DNA of 64,000 nucleotides. Origin: Haliotis cracherodii (lineage: Eukaryota). Where the stretch lies: NCBI RefSeq assembly GCF_022045235.1, contig NW_027266308.1, positions 58,900,001 through 58,964,000 of the forward strand, read 5' to 3'. The notes beneath the pieces are model-generated. The model had not been told where the DNA came from, made no database searches, and saw nothing but the letters and a program-made list of their open reading frames with translations. Below are positions 38,421 to 50,700 of the stretch, one piece after another (positions within the stretch are counted from its first letter, which is position 1; each line of letters begins with the position of its first letter). The position numbers and the translations under genes were made by a program.

Positions 38421-39474
38421 TATGAGACCATTATGCACCAAAGGGATTAAATTCAAGGATGGTTACACAATACCCTGACTATCTACAATGCAGTAAGTGC
38501 GACAAGAGGTTATGTGAACAAGATACTCTTTGATATGCTCAAATCACTAGACTCTATGCTTACAATTTTCGCGAATACCTGGTGTCATCACTGATTTTCA
38601 ACGATCCATTCATACAGTTGTCACAACCATGCTGCTTTTCACGCCCATGGAATACTTTTGGCAGATAATCGACACTTTGACGTTTTATATAAGTTAAACT
38701 CATATTGACTGTATCGCTTTTGTATTGAATTTGGATTGAAAAAGAGCGTATGGTTTTACTCCGCTTTTACCAAGATTCCAGCAATATCATAGCGGGGGAC
38801 ACAGCACACTTTCAGACATAATGTCTGAGTGTATTTTTGTTATTGGCAATTGTTTTTAGTTTCAGTCCCATATTATATAGGTGACCTTCAACAGTTGCAA
38901 CGTGTGTATAATTTGAAGAATTTGACATTTGTGGTCCTACGCAAATACACAATATAAAAACATTAAATAACATGTGACCGCCCCTTATTATTTATTTAAT
39001 GTTTGCACCATAGCCAGAAGCAAAATTAAGTACTTGTAATTCAGTAAATTCGGAACATGCAAATCCATTACAGAGCGCTTTTAATGCTGACTCACTCACT
39101 ACACCCGGATTTCAGGACCTATAAGATAGCGGATATGCTTATCCTGTTCCCAAACGGTATCTTGGTTGTGCTGGATCAGTATTGTTTTACTTGTACAAGA
39201 TTATTATTGTTATTATCATACAGGTGGAAGAATGTCCTTTTGTGGCGCATTCATTAATATTCAAGTGAGTCCACTCTGACCTGTAAATAATGGCTTCTAA
39301 CAAATAGTAGTTAACAGCTTAAGCAACGAACCACTTACTCAGGACATGACGACCAACAGTAACCTCTCAATAGCCATTCGTCAGCCCCTGTGATACGTTC
39401 TGAGAAACCATACATTCTGACGTACGGTTAAGAGACTAGTATGGTGCGCGTAAGGTTGGCAAACAGGAGGTGCA

Positions 39475-39525
39475 AGGTGAGGTGAGGTGAGGTGAGGTGA
39501 GGTGAGGTGAGGTGAGGTGAGGTGA
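39475..39525. repeat. (GGTGA)n microsatellite (expanded SINE tail)
   Basis: About 10 GGTGA units abutting the 3' end of a family A copy. Confidence 0.95.
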
Positions 39526-39549
39526 AATGGGGTTTAAGCGACATGCATC

Positions 39550-39584
<35 letters not shown>

Positions 39585-39851
39585 CTGCTTGTACTAAGTC
39601 CGGAACGATGCCGATTTATAGTGTTAGCACACTGAGATACCATGCCACAGTTTCACATGAATATCCCACTCAAACACACTATACTAACGCCGATCCGACC
39701 AGTCCTTGTTTTAGCCCCTTAATGCCGAGCGCCAGACAGGGTAACAAGAATAACCATATTTTAACGTCTTTTGGTATGACGCGGCCGGGGTTCGAGCCCC
39801 GGTCCTTCCGCTCTCCGGGCGGATGCTCTACCACTAGACCACGGAGGCGGT
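39522..39851 (-). mobile_element. SINE family A, near full length
   Basis: Reverse complement starts ACCGCCTCCGTGGTCTAGTGGTAGAGCATCCGCCCGGAGAGCGGAAGG...GGCTCGAACCCC. Confidence 0.88.
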
Positions 39852-40414
39852 AGGCAAGTTGAAAAGTTCTCGTGCAGATAGATTTATATACATACCAACA
39901 TGGTAAGTTATTAGCTTTTCTTTTCCGGAACTCAAAATCTATACAAATTTGTTAAGTTTGACAAAACTACAGAAATTTGATACAGTGTTATATGCGAATG
40001 TATTAAAATGGCGATTGCTTGGTTGTTGTTTGACGAATGTCTTTTTCAGACGACATATATTTTGAATACCAACTGATTAACCGTAATTTGTGAGGTGAAC
40101 AATTGACAGTTGACTTGACTTTGCATGTGTTTGTGATACGCTCACCTCTTCGCGAACACATTTTATCATCACTATTTGATGGTGATTCACGGACACATGC
40201 TGATATGTATAATCGCCTCCGCTTTTGGCAGAAATTTGTTATGAATATAGAAAGGGTTTTGTCGCTTTTTTTTCAAATAATTTAATGGTATTTTCAAAAA
40301 TAAACCGAATACAAGGTTATCTGATCATAAAATGTAGATCGGAAACATTGAAATATTGATCGGAATTCGACCAAATTAACTTAATGCAATTTGCTCCTTT
40401 CAGAATCCGTCAGA

Positions 40415-43400
40415 ATGAATATCAAACCGTTTATATTTGTGGTAATTCTGACATGCGCAGTAGTGTGCGTGACGGGTGATGACAAGGAGGAAATAACCAC
40501 AACGGCACCGGTCACAACAGGGAAACCAGGTACAGACTGCACACAGTGGCCTCGCCTTTATTACTTTGATACCACCTAAGTGCATGTACGCGCATATTAT
40601 TCATACTAGTCGAGGCGCAGGCATGTTAGAATAGTCAACTGTAATTTGTATGTCAGAGTGTTTAAGCAAATATTCACAGAGATTACGGTACACGTTACTT
40701 GTCAGACACATGAGGCTGCATATTTCGGAGTTTTCCATCTCTCGCCAGCTCTGAATTTATATTCCTACATGAAATAATAAAACTTTTTCCTATCTGAATT
40801 TTCCCCGCGGCTTTGGAAAATTGTGCCCAGATATTCTACTTACATTGCACACTTACAAGCCCAGGTCACATTAATCTTTCTGTAGCAATATGAATTAAGA
40901 ATTCCTTTCTGAAGCAAAGCGATTCGATCTACGTCATAAATTGATTTGAAGACTGTTACTTAAAATATCAAGGATAAATTACACAATCAGTAAAAAACAG
41001 CTGGTCTTTCTCACCTTTTCAGTTTTTTAAATGTTATTTCGCCCACCAGCTCTTTTGCTAGTAGAGGGTGAGATGACAAACACATAAAAATATTGTGGCC
41101 TTATTATGATGTCGAGCGTCATACCCTAGCTACTTTGGCCTTTTGAGCAAATGTCTTTGATATGGCGAAAGGAAGTTAGCTGTTAAAGATGTCATATATC
41201 TGCCGCGTGAGTCCAAACAATATAAGGCAAATTTATAAAGCAAGTCAAATATCAAACGTTTGTTTGTTCGTCATCATTTGGAAAGCCAAATACATGTGCC
41301 ATTTTTTTAGAACCTCTATTACCCCGAAGGTTAAAGCTGTCGAATGTTTTCTATTGACTTCATCTGAATGACAACCTTTTTCTTTGATCTTTATGCTTTT
41401 AAGTGGTCAACTCTATAATGAATTTGACATTTACAAACGATATCGATGACCTTATAGCTGGACAAGTTCAAATAGAGTCGTAAGGTTTCGAGCGATTGAG
41501 TTTCTGGGCCATTCCAAGGCACATTGGAACAAATGAAAGATTTATAAAATAATTACATAAATGTTCCCTGGACATGCCAGATTTAACTCGTTAAGTAGTA
41601 TAGATGAGGGGGATACTGTGCCACCAATCCGTGAACCAGGTCCAGCCCCTGACAATGCTTCCATGTTTGTCTTAAGCTTTATCAATTATGTGATGTCAAT
41701 TACTGAATTGTCATGATTGGCATCAATATTTATCAAAATGCCATCCTATATCGAGGAAACAATTTATTCTTAATCTCCCACCAGTGCTCTAGGTTTGGTA
41801 AGGAATGCTTGGCGTGCTCGTTGTCTCCCCGGTTCTATGATCTTTTAGACAATGCGGTCCACGTGATCCACATAAACTGATGCGGCAAGCAATTCGCTGT
41901 GCAGAGTTGCGTTCCTTGGTCGCACCAGAAACCTATGATTGTGGGTTCGAGTCCCGGTTCGCCCCGATTATGTTTCTACGTTTGTCAGCACCATACCCGT
42001 GCTCGTTGGTTTCACTGAAGTGGTAAACGTCTAAGACCTACATTACTTCGGGCTTTCCTCCCACATGAAGCTGACACGCCGTGATATAACTGGAATACTG
42101 TAAAAAAGGGCGTTAAAACCAACTCACTCACTCACTCATGATGCGGCAAGACGCTAACCATTACACAACAATTATGAGATGCCACATGCTATCATTTGAA
42201 AATCCATATTACTATGTTGTTATTCTTTAAATAGTTTGGTAAGTACTTACCAAATTGTAATGACAATATTCCTCCTGCGCATACCATTATTTCGGAAATA
42301 TTTATATCTTACAGTTCTGCTAAGTTCTTCGTTCATTTCCTAGGAGACCATACTGAATGTTCTCTTTCCTTTTTCACACATGTAAAGAATCAATTGATAT
42401 CCATGATAAGATACCCTTGCGGTAAGGGAAAATATCTCGAAGCAGCACTGACATATAGGCGGGGTAGCCTGATGGTTCGTCACGCCGATGACCTGGGTTC
42501 GATTCGCAACTTGAATACAATGTGTGAAGCTCATTTCTAGTGTCCCCAGCCATACTGATTCACTTATACGAAGAGGTATTTGTATTTGTCCCACTCGTTT
42601 TTATTGAATTGTTTATGTTACTCCTTGACATTACAGAAATGCATATTACAGCTCCGCCAAGTTACAAGCCAGACACCCGTCCTCAGCTCTTCAGCTGCTA
42701 CTATCTCTGCCAGATCGGGATGGGGAGCTTGTACTGCAGGTGCCCGCAGAGGGTTACATGCAAGGTGCTGTACACTTCTTAATCATCGACATCACATTTT
42801 GCCGTTATGTGAAAGCCTATTTGGGGCGTCATGAAATTGTTACATCTTATGTACTTGGGGTTAATGCAGTTTCATATTGTTCCCTGTACCTACATGTATA
42901 TGTATGTTGTATATCGAACCACTTACGTTCCAGACAAAGAAGTGTTCTGATGGCTACGTATGCAGTGAGGTATACGGACATGCCCGCTGTGCGCCGGATA
43001 CATCAGGTGCGTGGATGTGTCGCTTTCTACCTTTCTGTGTTTTGTCCCCTTAATCGTGCCAGGATCCGCTGTTCCTCGATAATAACCCTTTACCTGTAAG
43101 TACCATAGCCGGGTTCCTCGGATTTCATCAAAGTAATAACTGACATTAACATTTCCTTGTTAGCCATGCATATGTCATATATCACTGCTGCATGCAATTA
43201 ATGGCGCTGTTATGTTAAGTTTATTCAAATTCTGTTGTCACACGCACAACGTTAACACTTGTGTTGACAAGGCACTCACCAGTTACAATAGAATCACATC
43301 CCGAAAGTACTTTACAAGAGCTGATGGTATTTTTAACGTGAACTGGTTTTTGTGTTTCCAGTGCATACTTGCGATATGGTTACAGGCAAAAACATTCTTG

Positions 43401-43641
43401 ACGTGACACCGTACATTGCAATTATTGTGCTATATTCTATGTTTGTGTTATTACAGTGTATAGGCTCCCTAAAGTTAGCGGAAACTGCAAGGCTTACCTG
43501 CCCCGGTACTACTACAATTGCTATTCCCGGAGATGTGAGAGTTTCATCTACGGCGGATGTGGTGGAAACGGAAACAACTTCAAGACGCTCGACGAGTGTA
43601 ACCGACGCTGCAGAATCCGGTACAGAGGGGATGCCTATTGA
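40415..43641 (+). CDS. Secreted FOLN + BPTI/Kunitz domain protein C (about 166 aa, 4 coding exons), P1 Lys, atypical Cys pattern
   Basis: Exons 40415-40529, 42637-42764 (alternative in-frame start 42652), 42934-43006, 43457-43641; phases 1-0-1. [21 protein letters not shown]...[24 protein letters not shown]|[24 protein letters not shown]|[61 protein letters not shown]; AATAAA 43720. Confidence 0.88.
41890..42138 (+). mobile_element. SINE-like family D, 5' truncated, with 12-bp TSD
   Basis: Flanked by TGATGCGGCAAG at 41878-41889 and 42139-42150; (ACTC)n tail. Confidence 0.9.
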
Positions 43642-45093
43642 TGGAGATAGATCGGAGTCGATATTCCCTTTACGTACCATGGCATGGATATGAATGTAGC
43701 TACAATTTGTAAACAATGAAATAAATATCGTTTATCATATTTGCTTTTTCTTGAAATAATACGAATGTATTGAGTTTTCTCTATCGTTTTCACACAATGG
43801 TTGACAATTACAGTCCTTAAAGTCTCTAAGTTGACTTGGTAGACTCGCTGCATGGTACGCGCTCATTCGGCCATCGATTTTGGTTTATGTCAATGCAGGG
43901 ATATGGATCTTCCTTTAAGGAAACCGTGCCAATGACGTTGTAGGATTTACAGCGCAAGTTCTACATTGGCTGCAAATGATAAAGTTTTTCAATAATGAAC
44001 ATACCAGTCTCCTTATTCTTGGCACACCAGCGATGTACCAGGTCGATCCGTAGCTTCCAGAAGTGACATGAAGAAAACTGATATCAAATCAGTGGATGAG
44101 CGTATAACCATAGCTTAAGTGACAATTGTTCTCATGGACGATACAAGTGGACAAATTATGTTACACACTAGCTGTCCGTTAGGCTCCTAGGCCCAGCACG
44201 CCAAAGTCCCGGTTCGATTCCCCACATGATACAATGTGTGAAGCTCATTTCTGGTGTCCCCCGCCGTGATATTGCTGGAATATGGCTAAAAGCGGCGTAA
44301 AACCACACTCACTCCCTATCATGCTGACATTTTCGAGGTGTGGCTATAGGATTCGTATCCAAGCATCTGTTTACGAGGGCGGAGAAGCCCTGTCCTGAAC
44401 AACTTTATACTAATGATGTGTATCTGAACGATTTAGAACATGAACCGCCATGTCGCAACACATGTAACGATAAATCGTCAATGCTAGAGAATAACCAGGC
44501 TTGATTATAAGGAACAGATTCCAATTGGCGTAAGGGCAAATTAGCTGTACAAATTATGTGAATGGACCATTGAAAAATTAGTGATGACACCCGAGGCACC
44601 GACACTTTCAGCTGTGTTAAACATAATCCTCATGCCCCCAGGTAGACATCTGTCCTCGCGTTATTAACGTCAGTGCTTGAGGCGGATTCATAGTCGCATC
44701 GCTGTCACGGAGAAAGGACAGCATTTAAACAAAATGAAAATACATGTATTACTGTGTCTAAGTGACTTCCGGTAGACCCTGACGGATGACAATGGAACAG
44801 ACAGTATGACGCATGTTGCACGTTTCATTCTTGCCTGCATTACATATTAACATGGGAAGTACGTCATCGACTTTTCTGTAGTCACGTTCGTTGATGTCAC
44901 GCGCTATTATATGCCAGAAAAAGATAGGAACCACTGTCGTTGATACATTCACAAACTGCCATAGTATATTGTGTTTTCATTTCTGATAACGGATGATACA
45001 CTTTTATGCATTTTTTTGTTTTGAATGAATATTGAGGTTCTTAATCTTATGCAAAAATGGTCGTTGTCACCTGAATGGTCCTGTTTCCATTAC

Positions 45094-45336
45094 ACCGCCT
45101 CCGTGGTCTTGTGGTAGAGCGCCTGCCCGGAGAGCGGAAGGTCAGGGGTTCGATCCCCGGCCGCGTCATACCAAAAGGCGTAAAAAGATGGTACTTGTTG
45201 TTACCCTGTCTGGCGCTCGGCACTAAGGGACTAAAATAAGGACTGGTCGACACGGAGCCAGTATACTGTGTCTGAGTGGGGTATTCATGTTAAAACTGCG
45301 GCATGGTATCTCAGTGGTCTAGAACTATCAAATCGG
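45094..45336 (+). mobile_element. tRNA-derived SINE family A (core resembles the Meta/MESC type), 3' truncated
   Basis: A box TGGTCTTGTGG, B box GGTTCGATCCC, core GTCATACCAAAAG..AAAGATGGTACTTGTTGTTACCCTGTCTGGCGCTCGGCA. The family name is from recall and needs a Dfam/Repbase check. Confidence 0.85.
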
Positions 45337-45886
45337 ACATGTGGGATATTCTGTCATGTTCTAGTGATACTTGACTGGTCAAGCACTGTGTGGAAAGTGA
45401 TGGAAGCCAGTTAGACTACATAAGTGGAGAGGGTGTGTGCCTGTCTCATCTCATATTTCATCTCCCATTTCGTCTCCCATTACATAAAGACCAGCTTTTG
45501 TGTGAAGATCACTTACCACCTCGGATTCCCAGCCTTGGCCTCGGAAGCGTGATCACTGTTGTGGATCGGTGAATATTATTATCACAAAATTTGTTTTGTA
45601 TGTCATACTGCCATTGATTATTGTACTACCACTCTATTGCATACTGCTATTGTAAATTGTAAATACTGTGCAGGAAACTGTATTGATTTGAAAACCTAGT
45701 TCATTTTGTGAAACAATTGTTTATTGTATACCAATTGTTGTTTGCTTGTTGGTTTCACACTATTTAGTTTTACGTTCAGATTTATCGGTTAACATATTGT
45801 TTCAATCTGGGAATCGACAAATAACAATAGAAATTGAGTCTAGTGGTTTAAAGGAAAACAATGTGATGTGCATGGCTGTGTCGCTT

Positions 45887-46297
45887 AGGGGGGTTGGGTA
45901 GCCTTGTGGTTAAAGCATTCAATCGTCAACCCGAAGGCCCTGGTTCGATTTCGCACATGGTTTGTTTGTTTGTTTGTTTTTTGTTTAACGCCGCACTCAG
46001 CAATATTCCAGCTATATGACGGCGGTCTGTAAATAATCGAGTCGGACCAGACAATCCAGTGATATATATCATGGGATACAATGACATGCATCAACCAAGT
46101 CAACGAGCCTGACCACCCGACCCCGTTAGTCGCCTCCTACGACATGCATAGTCGACTTTTACGGCAAGCATGGGTTGCTGAAGAACTATTCTAACCCGGA
46201 CCTTCACGGGTCGCACATGGTCACATTGTGGGAAGCCCATTGCTGGTGTGCCCCACCGTGACCTGGCTTGACTATTGATAAATGCTCATCGACTCAC
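45887..46297. mobile_element. Nested SINEs: family B (-, about 45962-46212) inserted into family C (+)
   Basis: The family C head is interrupted; TCGCACATGGT is duplicated at 45951-45961 and 46211-46221. Confidence 0.88.
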
Positions 46298-47987
46298 TGA
46301 TACATGCCGCTTTTCGTGAGTTGGAATCTCATCTATTATTATCCTTGGTACGTGCAATGGATAGGTTTATGATGCTTATATCATTCGTCGATACTGAAGT
46401 TTCTTTCTGATACCTGATGTCGTCACTGGTTTCCAGTGATCCATATATTTTTTTATATAGATATTTGGTCTTTTACGCCCAATGGAATTTTTTTCTGCAC
46501 ATAATCGAGAAATGGGCTTCACACAATGTACCCATGTGGGAAACCGAATCAGGACTCTCGGCGTGACGAGCAAACGCTTTAACCACTTGGCTATCCCACC
46601 ACCCCACGTCCTGTAAATCATTGTCAATGACAAATGAAAAATTATATTTGATGAATAAACACTTGACCGTTAACATAATCGGCAAACCTGATTATTTCAT
46701 TGACGAGTTTCCCACAAAGGTCTTCAATGTGATTGATGTTTATGAGGTGTTGTTTGAAGTCGCACTTCCTGCTCGAGGGAAATTTCAACGTCCTGTCGTC
46801 AGTAATTCTGTCTTATAAATGTCGAGCGATACAAACACTAAGGAAAGAAACAACTGTCTCAAGGGAAAACATTCCACTTCCAGATAGTTGCGTGAAAATC
46901 GTGGTCAGGTAAGACATACTGCAGACATTCCAGTGTGCAGGTATGTTCATGCCCTCTCTACTCGATTTATACTGTAAGTAAATGCACTACACTGTTATTC
47001 AAAACACTGAATATACCTTGAGTTGTTTTAATAACAATAGTTTGTAACTTGACACAAACTAAACGTGACAAAGGCGTGAAGACGTTACAGACGGACCACA
47101 CATGGCTTAAAACAGTTGAGCAATTGCAAAATATACCAGCATGATTTTTATCAATGACACAAAATCGGCCGGTATAAAATAATTCGCCAATGAATCATTT
47201 CGTCCATACGCATCAACTTCGGTCAAGCACCTTCACTGTGATTTTGTTTGTGTGAAAGTCTTTGCAAACTAACTGATCAAGTTAGCAGTGGTTTCGATGA
47301 TGCATATACGAAAAGTGGCCTCACCTCCCCACCTATGCTTGTGACGATCCATATATATTTGACTGGCAGTTGGCGTTGTGGACGGAGGACACGTGCTCCA
47401 TATATACAGATGGTGTACAAGATACCGTTACAAGTGACAACGCACCTTTCACCCCCGTAAACAGTGACTCTGCCAGGCTTTAATATTTCACTGGCTCACA
47501 GATCTCCCCATCTGTGTGCACCAGTAGCATGCCAGGTGCCATTCATGGCATCGCTAGAAGATGAAAAAGTTATTTTACCAGCAACCATGTCTACACTGAC
47601 CTTGCATTGATGTAGTATGATGTATCCCCGATGACGTGACAGGACCCCCAGGCTTCGTGTCTCCAACGTGCTGATGTTATATCACTGATACATGCATTGG
47701 ACCAATGCATTAATGTTTGGTGTCTCGTATTATCATGCAATATGTATTGCCAATGACATAAGCAATTAGGCCAGATCTTGATTGAAGAGATAAATACATT
47801 ATGTGTGTTCAGATTTTATCGAGTTTTCGATGTCCGAAAGTTTTATTTTGAAATTTTGGATTTTGAAATGCATGGAGTTGGCATGATGTGAAAAACCCCA
47901 AACTTAATCGCAGTGGTTCTGATAAATATTGATCAGTTAATATTTGATTAAGCCAAAACAAATGACACGTTTGTAAAAACTGATTGT

Positions 47988-48232
47988 GTGAGTGAGTTGG
48001 GTTTGACGCCGCATTGCATTCTTCTTACATCACGGCATGTCAGCTTCGTGGGAGGAAAGCCCGAAGTGATGCCGGTCTCAGACGCTTAACACGTTGGTGA
48101 AATCCACGAGCACGGTTATGGTGCTGACAAACCTGGATACAAACTTAGAACTCGGGCCGAAGCGGCATTCGCACCCACAGTCATAGGTTTCTGGCGTGCC
48201 CAAGGGTCGCAACTCTGTAGAGAGAATTGCAG
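47988..48232 (-). mobile_element. SINE-like family D
   Basis: Reverse-complement similarity to 41890-42138. Confidence 0.8.
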
Positions 48233-50057
48233 CGCAAAATATTAATAAGATACTTATAAAGAAGGGTCGTTATACACTGAGACTAGTCTGAAAGCATACA
48301 CTCCCATTTGTTTTGTTTTACATCTTATGAATAAGCAAACGAAACTCAGCGAAACATGACATAGCCAGGCTTATGATAGAGACCTTTACACCAAGTCTGT
48401 TCGCTGTGATGTTCGTTGTTAAACTATTCAACCAATCATTAAAATGACAAGGCAAGACAGATATGAATGATGGATGTGTTTACCTATGCTGTTGAAGTAA
48501 ACATGGCAATGTACTTGTATCGAAAGGTCAAACGGACAAAGGAATAATCCATGCACAGATATATTGGTAGTGATATATACATACAAACTTGGGGTATATC
48601 TATTCTTTTTTTGTGTGTGCACTTCAGACCATAAATAACGATGATATAGGTAAGTGTTCATTAAAGATGTGGAGTATCAATTAAAGTCAAACAATAAAGA
48701 CCAATAACGCCACACCTTTTCCTCCATTATGTTTTACAGACATGGGCTGAGAGCGGTGTTAAACAACACACAAACATATTCAGTGTATTAATACGCGTTG
48801 AACTTAATTTCCGCATGACGTAATCACGCTGAAGGGGATAATATTTTTTAAAGGTAATTATTTAAAATTTTATTAGCATGATTCCATAATTGCCTGTTTC
48901 AAATTAATAGTACATGAATATGATCAATTTAAATCATCTCAATCAGCATTCCCCAGTGAGTGCTAAAAGGGTGTGTTTAAATATCTGATCCAGGTTATAT
49001 GGCCTATGGAAAAGAGAGGGAGCAGTGACAGGGAGATTGATGGGCTTCGGACGTCCGTACATTCCACTAGTCGCGCCCGGGACTGCACCTCCACCTGGCC
49101 ACACTAGGCACAAAGTTCAGCCGTGAGAGGGCGCCGCTATTTTATGACGTCGATGACGTAACAACCACAATCCTATACCAGTATCGGACATATACGACCT
49201 GTTGGGTGAGTACTGTCCCTTTTTATCGCATGTTCTTAAGCTTTTAAATTTATTTCGAATCGTAATTGAAATTTACATTCTTATACTGTTTATTAAACAT
49301 AAAATGTCCATAGTTTCAACTTTTATCATATAGACAAAATGCTCAGTTATCAAACATTTAATCATTTAAATGAACTGTGGACCAAGGCATATTACACGAA
49401 ATGACTTTAGGTCAGGTTTGGTCTGGTATAACGATTCGTCCGAAATTATATCAAGAACAACCAACTCGGGACACAGTTAAATAACCTTGACCTTCACGCA
49501 AGAAGGCTGTTTTTGGAACACGCTCAGACATTATAGCAAACAAGTTGATTTGAGTGTGAAGAGCAGGTAATTCAAAACACTCATTTAGTTTCGTCTCCTT
49601 TTCTTTTCTTGTGACAAAGATGTGATGACGAATACCGCAATGACATAGACCTTTATATGTCTTGTATGTCACACAACGGCCTTCAATCCATATTTTGTGG
49701 CTTTATTTCGGGAGTATGCAGTGCAAAAGAACGGGTGTATTCAGCATGAATGTCCAAATAAGAAAACCTTGCTTCGTTAACAAAATTGAATAGTGTTGAC
49801 ATGAAATCATCAGGCTTGGGGTTATAATATAGTGGATGTAGAGGAGAGCTGTGCCGGCAGGGATAGAGGTGTTAAGTTATCAATCATCAATAAAGCCCCG
49901 AACACTTCCGGTTCAGATGCTAATGTTTGATACTCCCTATGTGACTGCCAAGGTCAAACAGTCCTTGCTCTGAAAACAACACGAATCTTGTCTACCGGAA
50001 GCAAGTTTTACAACTATAACTGTTTTTGGAAAAGAACTTTGATATTTGTCAATTAAC

Positions 50058-50285
50058 NNNNNNNNNNNNNNNNNNNNNNNNNNNNNNNNNNNNNNNNNNN
50101 NNNNNNNNNNNNNNNNNNNNNNNNNNNNNNNNNNNNNNNNNNNNNNNNNNNNNNNNNNNNNNNNNNNNNNNNNNNNNNNNNNNNNNNNNNNNNNNNNNNN
50201 NNNNNNNNNNNNNNNNNNNNNNNNNNNNNNNNNNNNNNNNNNNNNNNNNNNNNNNNNNNNNNNNNNNNNNNNNNNNNNNNNNNNN
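50058..50285. other. Assembly gap (N run)
   Basis: 228 N. Confidence 0.99.
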
Positions 50286-50700
50286 AAGAATACATTTAGT
50301 TAAATACATGAGCTGCATTAGATTGAACGAAAACTAAACACAAAAAGACCTGAGGGATGGATATTGTAATATTAGTCACGTGGAATAAATGTGACTGATG
50401 GTTATTATTGTTAGAAATAACCCTAAAACTTGTTTGTCATTGTATCAGGTCATGTTTTCCAAGTACACATTTGCTGAGTAGTTCTTTTGTATTGTGATAT
50501 TCAATTTTCAGGAATATTTATATCCAGAAATACCATGCTGTTTATTATTTATATAAGAACATAATGTTTTATGGTCTCACAGATAATGTTAAGATATGGA
50601 GTAAAAAAAGTTTAGAACCTACGTGTAGATCCAGCTTATGAATATGTATCCAATATTGTATTTTTTAGAGTCAACTTTCAATGCCGGATTCACGTTAGAT

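Noticed and set aside
45094-45170. tRNA gene-like sequences at SINE heads
   Set aside because: A/B boxes run into SINE bodies; no complete cloverleaf seen.
45340-45826. Possible solo LTR (TG...CA) truncating a SINE
   Set aside because: No target-site duplication and no second copy in the window.
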